A stretch of 64,000 nucleotides of DNA, taken from contig JBHLLT010000002.1 of the NCBI GenBank assembly GCA_048938855.1, forward strand, positions 128,001 through 192,000. The letters are read 5' to 3'. Under the pieces are notes generated by a model, which searched no databases, had not been told where the DNA came from, and worked only from the letters and a program-made list of their open reading frames with translations. Shown piece after piece: positions 57,663-64,000 of the stretch (position 1 is its first letter; every line of letters begins with the position of its first letter). The position numbers were made by a program, and so were the translations under genes. Source of the stretch: Promethearchaeota archaeon. GTDB lineage: Archaea; Asgardarchaeota; Lokiarchaeia; Sigyniarchaeales; SOKP01.

Positions 57663-60059
57663 TTAATAATAGGTATCTGACATTCTACTTTCTACCAACT
57701 CTACAGGATATCCTTTTCTATGCCACATCATCATTCCCCCTGTCAAATTTCGAATATCCTTAAACCCTGCCTGTGCTAAAATTTGAGCTGCCATCATAGA
57801 ACGGGAACCTGAATGGCATATTGAGACTATTTCTTCATCTTTATACTCCTTAATAACATCTGGGTTATTTAAAAGCTCTCCTAGAGGTATTAATCTGGCA
57901 TTCTTAATATGTCCATGAGGACCATGATATTCTTGTGGGGATCGAACATCAATCAGAAGGGTTGGTTCGTCTTCTGTATTTATACGCTCAAAAAGCTCAT
58001 CAACACTTATTTTAGAGACTGGAGGAGCATCAGGAGGTCTTAATTCCTTCCTAGTTTTCTTTTTAATAGGCTTTACAATTTCAATTGGTCGTACTTTTTC
58101 TAAGGTAGCAACTAACATTCCCTTTTCTTTTCCAAGATGTACTAAATTTACAGCATCATTTAATTTAGAATATGCTTCAACACTAGATTTAAATCCTGGA
58201 TCAGTAGCATAAACTTTTAATCTCTTATTTTCTGGTAATGTTTCAAGTCCTTTAATCATTGCATTTAAAGGACCTGGACATGATATTCCACAAGCGTCTA
58301 CCTCTATATAATCTTTACTTTCGGTAGCCTTTTCATGGACGTATTCTTCGATGACATTTTCAGATCCTCCACAAGCTGCCATTATTTCTTCAGTGGTTGC
58401 AGTTGCCATCTCATAAATTTTAAATCCTCCAGTTAACTCAAAAACTTCTTTAAATCCACTTTGTAATAGAATTCTTAATGCTAAGTAGCTTCTATATCCT
58501 ACTTCGCAATAGACATAAATTGGATTATTATTAGATAATTCACCTAGCCTTTCTCTAAGCTCCTCAATCGGTATGTTAATTGAGCCATCAATAGCTCTTG
58601 CAGAAAATTCATCTTTAGTTCGAACATCTAATAATATACTTCCATTATTCGTGATATTTATGAAATCATGCCATTGAAAAATCGGCATATCGTTTCTCAG
58701 ATAATTAGATGCCACAAAACCTGCCATATTTACAGGATCCTTAGCAGAACCATAAGGTGGAGCATATGTTAACTCCAGTTCTTCCAAGTCAAATACAGTG
58801 CCATTAAATTTTATTACTGTCGAGATCACATCAATTCTTTTTTCTGTACCTGGACCTCCTACCGCTTGTGCCCCAAGAATTTTTCCTGTAGGGACTTCAA
58901 ATATTAATTTTAATGTTATGGGTATTGCTCCAGGATAATAACCTGCATGATTATTTGGATGGATATAGATTTTATTATATTTTAAGTCTAGATTATTTAG
59001 TTGTTTTTCAGTTAAACCTACTGAAGCGATAGTTTGATCAAAAACTTTTACAACAGAGGCCCCTAGAACTCCATTATATTCTGAGGCTTTTCCAGCAATA
59101 TTATCCGCTGCTATTCTTCCTTGTTTGTTTGCAGGTCCAGCCAATGCAATTGATATTGGTTTTTTAGTTTGAAAATGTTCTAATTGAACAATATCACCCA
59201 CAGCGTATATACTTGGATTAGATGTTTGCATTTTATTATTTACTATAAGATATCCTCTATCATTGACAACTAATTTAGCCTCTTTAGCTAGTTCACTTTC
59301 TGGTCTAATTCCAATAGATAATATAATTAGATCTGTGTCTATTATCCTTCCACTTTTTGTCTTTACAAAAGGGTTATCATTATCATCTCTACCAAAAGAG
59401 TCAACAGGATCTTCTAAAACGAGGCAAATCCCATTTAATATTAGCTCTTGATGGATAAACTGTGCAATTTCCTTATCAATAGGAGGCAGGACTTGATCTA
59501 ACATTTCAATGATCTTGACTTTCACCCCTAAATGGGCTAAATTTTCTGCCATTTCTAGTCCAATAAATCCTCCACCAATCACAACTGCCTTCTTAATATG
59601 AGACTTTTCTACAAAATCACGAATTTTTATAGCATCTGGAATTGTCCATACAGTAAAATAAGGGACCTTCTCAAGGCCATCAAATGGAGGAACAATTGGT
59701 TTTGAACCAGTTGCTAAGACTAAATAATCATATTCAAGTGAAAATTCATCAGAGTGTTTTAAATCCTTTACTATAACTCTTTTCTCCTCTTTATTTATAG
59801 AAATTACTTCGTTATTAACCCGAACATCAATCTTAAACCTCTCAAGGAATCTTTCTGGTGTCACTAATTCTAACGATTCACGATCTTTGATTATATTTCC
59901 AACATAGTAGGGTAACCCACAATTTGCAAATGAAACGTATGGTCCTCGATCAAGCATAATTATTTCAAAGTCCTCTCTTAATCTTCTTAATCTAGCCGCA
60001 GTTGAAGCTCCTCCTGCAACTCCACCAACAATCACAACTCTTTTCATAACAATTGCCAA
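57663..60059 (-). CDS. CoA-disulfide/persulfide reductase with rhodanese-TusA-rhodanese C-terminal fusion
   Basis: GGVAGG, SFANC, YAPP; rhodanese YC..G.RS; TusA D..G..CPGP; second rhodanese ICHSGSRS. Confidence 0.92.
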   Translation of the reverse strand: MAIVMKRVVIVGGVAGGASTAARLRRLREDFEIIMLDRGPYVSFANCGLPYYVGNIIKDRESLELVTPERFLERFKIDVRVNNEVISINKEEKRVIVKDLKHSDEFSLEYDYLVLATGSKPIVPPFDGLEKVPYFTVWTIPDAIKIRDFVEKSHIKKAVVIGGGFIGLEMAENLAHLGVKVKIIEMLDQVLPPIDKEIAQFIHQELILNGICLVLEDPVDSFGRDDNDNPFVKTKSGRIIDTDLIILSIGIRPESELAKEAKLVVNDRGYLIVNNKMQTSNPSIYAVGDIVQLEHFQTKKPISIALAGPANKQGRIAADNIAGKASEYNGVLGASVVKVFDQTIASVGLTEKQLNNLDLKYNKIYIHPNNHAGYYPGAIPITLKLIFEVPTGKILGAQAVGGPGTEKRIDVISTVIKFNGTVFDLEELELTYAPPYGSAKDPVNMAGFVASNYLRNDMPIFQWHDFINITNNGSILLDVRTKDEFSARAIDGSINIPIEELRERLGELSNNNPIYVYCEVGYRSYLALRILLQSGFKEVFELTGGFKIYEMATATTEEIMAACGGSENVIEEYVHEKATESKDYIEVDACGISCPGPLNAMIKGLETLPENKRLKVYATDPGFKSSVEAYSKLNDAVNLVHLGKEKGMLVATLEKVRPIEIVKPIKKKTRKELRPPDAPPVSKISVDELFERINTEDEPTLLIDVRSPQEYHGPHGHIKNARLIPLGELLNNPDVIKEYKDEEIVSICHSGSRSMMAAQILAQAGFKDIRNLTGGMMMWHRKGYPVELVESRMSDTYY

Positions 60060-60129
60060 TTTTATTCTAAAATATTGTATATCCTAACCTTTTTTATAAG
60101 GGAGTTAATATAAATTTGGTTACTATATG

Positions 60130-60145
60130 TTAGTAAGATTACTAA
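60130..60145. promoter_or_regulatory. Palindrome in a divergent promoter
   Basis: TTAGTAA-GA-TTACTAA (7-2-7); AT-rich, so it could be chance. Confidence 0.35.
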
Positions 60146-60176
60146 ATAATCCAATATTATAACTTACGATAGTACT

Positions 60177-61310
60177 ATGGATATAAACAAACTATTGACC
60201 CAAATAAATTCATGTATAGAGTGCAAGGATTGTATGGAAGTATGTGATACTTACAAAGTTACTTCTGACGAGACGAAATCACCTTATGGAAGATTAAAAA
60301 TAGCTGAAAATGTCTTCTCTAATAATTCTATTACTGAAAATGAGATCATCGGGCTCTATACTTGTACGTTATGTGCATTATGTGATTTAACTTGTCAACA
60401 AAATATTCAAATATCAGAAATTATTCATTCTTCAAAAATTAACCTTGTAGAAAAAAAGCAAGCGCCTTTAGAAATACATAATAAGATAATAAAAGGAATT
60501 ATTGAGAAAGATAACTCTGTTGGCGGAGATCCGGATGAAAGGTTAAATTGGTTACCCGAGAAATACAAAGAAAAAGAAGAATTTGAAAAGAAAGATTCAG
60601 ATACTCTATTATTTTTAGGATGCATGTCATCATTTCGAGTTACACAAAGTGCACTTAGTTCCTATGAAATTTTAAAACTTGCTGGTTATGATTTTAAAAT
60701 TCTGAAAGAGGAACCATGTTGTGGAGAATATATCTATTCTGCAGGGGATCTTCAATTGGCTAAGAAAATCTTTAAAGAGAATATTGAAATTTTTCAAAAA
60801 ATTGGAGTAAAAAATTTGATTGTTACTTGTGGGGGTTGTTTATATGCATTTGATAAAGTTTATAGAAAATATTTTGGAGATTTTAATCTAAATGTTAGAC
60901 ATATAATTGAGGTTATTTACGACTTGGAAAAAAAGGGAAAAATTACCTTAAATTCATTAAATAGATCAATTACATATCACGATCCTTGCCGAATAGGAAG
61001 AAAGCACATAAGTGGTCCTCTTTATTATGAACCTCGAGAGCTTTTAAGGAAATGTGGTTTAAAATTAAAAGATTTAGCTCTTAATCCTGAAGATACGCCT
61101 TGTTGTGGCGCTGGTTCTGGAATAAGAGGGGTAGATAGTAGCATCTGTATAAAAATTGGAAAAGAATTATTTTCCAATATAACACCAAAAGAGATTGCTA
61201 CATCATGTCCCTTATGTGTTTTTAATTTTAGATATGTTAATTATAAGAATCAACTGGATAAAGAAAGTAAATATATAACCGATTATATTTTAGAATCAAT
61301 GAAAAAATAA
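60177..61310 (+). CDS. Fe-S / CCG-domain oxidoreductase (HdrD/GlpC-like)
   Basis: C..C..C...C twice, FLGC, E.CCG, TYHDPC, CCGAG, CPLC. Confidence 0.88.
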   Translation: MDINKLLTQINSCIECKDCMEVCDTYKVTSDETKSPYGRLKIAENVFSNNSITENEIIGLYTCTLCALCDLTCQQNIQISEIIHSSKINLVEKKQAPLEIHNKIIKGIIEKDNSVGGDPDERLNWLPEKYKEKEEFEKKDSDTLLFLGCMSSFRVTQSALSSYEILKLAGYDFKILKEEPCCGEYIYSAGDLQLAKKIFKENIEIFQKIGVKNLIVTCGGCLYAFDKVYRKYFGDFNLNVRHIIEVIYDLEKKGKITLNSLNRSITYHDPCRIGRKHISGPLYYEPRELLRKCGLKLKDLALNPEDTPCCGAGSGIRGVDSSICIKIGKELFSNITPKEIATSCPLCVFNFRYVNYKNQLDKESKYITDYILESMKK

Positions 61311-61317
61311 AAAAAAT

Positions 61318-62118
61318 TTAACCTCTATAGTCTAAAATTATTACTGCATCCACAAACAATTCGTAATTTTCCTCTTCATCGAAATCGTGTATGATTACTT
61401 TTTCCACTTCGCCTAATTCTCCTTTAATTTCATTTATTTCTGATTGACGTAATAATTTAACATCAGAGTGCTTCAACTTTTTTGCTATATCCACAGTTCC
61501 TGGAATTTCTTTTGCAGAAGTTACTAAAATTACTCTTCCTGTATATTCAGTTAATTTGAGAGCTAATTCTAAAGATTCATCGCCAGTATCAACAATTAAT
61601 GTTCTTTTCTCTCTTAGTTTCTCAAGATCAGGAACTTCTAAATATACTCCTTTCCCTTTAAATTCATCAACTCCTAGAATTACTCGAACTTCTAACTGAC
61701 AAGATGTAACTACTTCGACATCTGGTTTTGTACCCTCTCGGTAATTATTGATTGCTGCTTTTAAAGCATCTGCAGCTAGATTTGAACAATGCATTTTGAT
61801 GGGAGGTAGTCCATCTAATTCCTCTGCTACATCACTTCGTGTAATCTTATATGCATCATCAAGTGTCATTCCCTTAGCCATTTCAGTTACCATTGATGAA
61901 GTTGAAACTGCAGACCCACAACCAAAAGTTTTGAATTTAATATCATCTATTATTTCTTCTCCTTTATCATTTTTACCTACTTTTATGAACATTTCCATTA
62001 AATCTCCACATACGGGATTTCCAACTTTGCCATATCCATCAGGGTTCTCAATTGAACCAACATTTCGTGGATTACGAAAATGATCCATAACTTTATCGGT
62101 ATACTTATGTACACTCAT
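61318..62118 (-). CDS. iscU: IscU/NifU Fe-S scaffold with fused degenerate thioredoxin-reductase NADPH-type domain
   Basis: DHF.NPRNVG, GNPVCGD, FGCGSA, LPP.KMHC; the C-terminal ~120 aa align with the TrxR middle domain. Confidence 0.88.
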   Translation of the reverse strand: MSVHKYTDKVMDHFRNPRNVGSIENPDGYGKVGNPVCGDLMEMFIKVGKNDKGEEIIDDIKFKTFGCGSAVSTSSMVTEMAKGMTLDDAYKITRSDVAEELDGLPPIKMHCSNLAADALKAAINNYREGTKPDVEVVTSCQLEVRVILGVDEFKGKGVYLEVPDLEKLREKRTLIVDTGDESLELALKLTEYTGRVILVTSAKEIPGTVDIAKKLKHSDVKLLRQSEINEIKGELGEVEKVIIHDFDEEENYELFVDAVIILDYRG

Positions 62119-63309
62119 TTAATTTTCCTCCTCTTGTAATTTTTTTAATAAATCTGAAGGTGTAAGAGGTGATAAAATTCTTAATTGCCTTACTATTCCA
62201 GGTAATACTTCTATAATTTTATCAATATCCTTCTCTTCAGTAAATCTTCCTAAAGTTAGTAATAAACTCCCATGTGCTTCTTCGTGTAACAAACCACACG
62301 AGATTAGTGTATGAGATGGCTCTAATGTTTTTGAAGAACAAGCTGAACCTGTTGCTACTTCAACTTTTTCATCTTTTAATTTAAGAAGTAATGATTCACC
62401 TTCAATATAATCAAACCTGAAATTAGCATTATGGGACGTTCTTTTCTCGGGATGCCCATTTAAATATGAATGCGGTATCTTTAAAACTTCCCTAATTAAT
62501 TTATCCCTCAAAGTTTTTAGTCTAGCTGCTTCTTCCTTTATTTCTGCTTTCATTATCTCAGCTGCTTTAGCAAATCCTATAATCCCCGGCATATTCTCAG
62601 ATCCCGATCTCATGCCATTCTCTTGACCCCCTCCAATAAGAATAGGATTAACTCTTACCCCTTTCTTAAGATATAAAGCGCCCACACCCCTAGGACCATA
62701 AATATCATTGGAAGATAAAGTCAATAAGTCAAAAGGAACCTTTTGTACATCAATAGGTATTGCACTTTCGCTTGCTACAGCATCAGAATGAAACCAGATT
62801 TTTTTCTTTTGAGCAAGTTCTGCGATTTCTTCTACAGGCTGGATGGATCCAATTTCATTACTAGCTGTAGAAATCGATATTAAAATTGTCTCATCAGTTA
62901 TTAATCTCTCTAATTTAGCTAGGTTTATGATACCAAACCTATCCACAGGAACTCGACTTACTTTGAAACCTTGTCTTTCTAAATATTTTCCAATGTTTAT
63001 GATCGAAATATGTTCAATCTCGGATATAATGATATGGTTTCCTTTTCTTTTATTTCGAAGAGCAGCACCAATTATTCCCAAATTATTTGATTCTGTAGCT
63101 CCAGAAGTAAATATTATCTGTTCTGGACTTGGAGCGTTTATAAATTCAGCAAGCTTAAGACGAGCTTCTTCTAAGGCTTTTGTAGCATTATATCCATAAG
63201 TATGCAATGACGATGGATTTCCAAATTCTTTTGTAAAATAAGGTTTCATGACCTCAAATACACGAGGATCAACTGGTTTTGCTGCTTGGTAATCTAAATA
63301 AGCACTCAT
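62119..63309 (-). CDS. iscS: IscS/NifS-family protein, Archaeoglobus-type (Asp in place of the PLP Lys)
   Basis: YLD, FGNPSS.H, FTSGATESNN, GGGQE.G.RSG, GSACSS; SAHK motif reads SSND. Confidence 0.9.
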   Translation of the reverse strand: MSAYLDYQAAKPVDPRVFEVMKPYFTKEFGNPSSLHTYGYNATKALEEARLKLAEFINAPSPEQIIFTSGATESNNLGIIGAALRNKRKGNHIIISEIEHISIINIGKYLERQGFKVSRVPVDRFGIINLAKLERLITDETILISISTASNEIGSIQPVEEIAELAQKKKIWFHSDAVASESAIPIDVQKVPFDLLTLSSNDIYGPRGVGALYLKKGVRVNPILIGGGQENGMRSGSENMPGIIGFAKAAEIMKAEIKEEAARLKTLRDKLIREVLKIPHSYLNGHPEKRTSHNANFRFDYIEGESLLLKLKDEKVEVATGSACSSKTLEPSHTLISCGLLHEEAHGSLLLTLGRFTEEKDIDKIIEVLPGIVRQLRILSPLTPSDLLKKLQEEEN

Positions 63310-63325
63310 TGCTTCTCACTCTAAT

Positions 63326-63580
63326 TTACTTCATTTTCTTAAAGACAAAAATTAAATCTTCGCCGTCCTTCTTAAATTCAACTACTTTTGTATCAGTTCT
63401 TTTAGCCCATCTCTTAAGATCCTCTTCTGCTGCAGGATCATCAGCAAGAACCTTAAAACATTGCCCTACGCTTAAAGTTTCACTTAAATTTCTTACCTCG
63501 AACAAGGGTTCTGGACAATATAATCCACGCGTATCTAATACGCTTTCAATCTTTACTTCCTCACTTTGTTCTTCACTCAC
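63326..63580 (-). CDS. tusA: Sulfur carrier TusA/SirA
   Basis: LD.RGL.CPEP, ADDP.A..D...W. Confidence 0.92.
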   Translation of the reverse strand: MSEEQSEEVKIESVLDTRGLYCPEPLFEVRNLSETLSVGQCFKVLADDPAAEEDLKRWAKRTDTKVVEFKKDGEDLIFVFKKMK

Positions 63581-63776
63581 TTTTAAAACCTCCTAATAAA
63601 AAAAAAAGCCTTAAAGAGTATAAATCTTCGGATTATAATTTAGTATACTTTAATCCTAACTAAGAAAAATATATAAAATGCATAAAAAAATGAATTTATA
63701 ATTTATAAATTCTTTAAGGTTAATTACTAAAAGAATTAAATAAAATGAAGAAAACTCAAAAATAGAATAAAAATAA

Positions 63777-64000
63777 TTATTTAATTCCAGCAAGTTTTTT
63801 TATGTGTTTTACTCCATCTACCGCATCATCAGCAAAATCGTCTGCTCCAAGTTTTTTTGCAAGTTCCATATTTAATGGGGCTCCTCCCACAATTAATTTA
63901 ACTCTATCACGCAGTCCTGCTGCTTGTAAAGCCTCATGAACAACTTTAATATGTTCTACAGTCATGGTCAATAAAGAACTTAATGCGACTATTGTAGCTC
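63777..64000 (-). CDS. Corrinoid (B12-binding) protein, C-terminal part; 5' end lies outside the window
   Basis: Frame open to the edge: IVALSSLLT.T...GLRD.VK..VGGAP.....A...GAD..A.DA. Confidence 0.88.
   Translation of the reverse strand, partial: ATIVALSSLLTMTVEHIKVVHEALQAAGLRDRVKLIVGGAPLNMELAKKLGADDFADDAVDGVKHIKKLAGIK

Noticed and set aside
1169-63596. Many antisense or overlapping ORFs in the track (e.g. 2026..2442, 5014..5436, 10283..10642, 17476..17898, 33265..33840, 49028..49528, 61748..62083, 62843..63199)
   Set aside because: They are shadows of well-supported genes on the opposite strand or in another frame, with biased composition and no motifs.
1-64000. CRISPR arrays, tRNA/rRNA genes, transposases, integrases
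   Set aside because: I saw no regularly spaced repeats, no GC-rich structured RNA-like segments and no mobile-element ORFs by eye. A covariance-model scan would be needed to exclude small ncRNAs.

Overview
AT-rich, gene-dense archaeal chromosome segment. It is most consistent with an Asgard archaeon (Lokiarchaeia-like): it has archaeal-type AlaRS and DTD2, GGTGA/GGAGG Shine-Dalgarno motifs and oligo-T terminators, plus eukaryotic-signature proteins (ubiquitin-like proteins with an E1, an Arf/Rag-like GTPase, longin-like domains). Layout: (1) 1-5.5 kb is a ubiquitin-like modifier locus with a probable E2 fragment at the edge, a UBA3/UBA2-like E1, two acidic-tailed Ubls ending in -AG, a membrane-anchored Ubl, a wHTH regulator and a coiled-coil protein sharing a KTP motif with the Ubls. 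(2) 5.5-21 kb holds housekeeping genes (EndoQ-like, ftsZ, alaS, dtdA). (3) 21-29 kb is a regulatory cluster: three Cys-tailed Lrp paralogues, then a co-oriented ArsR / small GTPase / histidine kinase / receiver-longin fusion whose output domain carries a C9orf72/SMCR8/FLCN-like motif and a candidate arginine finger. (4) 29-64 kb is a large thiol-redox, oxygen-detoxification and Fe-S/sulfur-relay region (TrxR with three PDOs, FTR-Grx, atypical CooS, rubredoxins, FprA, SOR, rubrerythrin, CoADR-rhodanese-TusA fusion, IscU fused to a degenerate TrxR domain, and an IscS with Asp replacing the PLP lysine). I recognised no rRNA, tRNA, CRISPR array or mobile element. All family assignments come from motifs recognised by eye, not from database searches.
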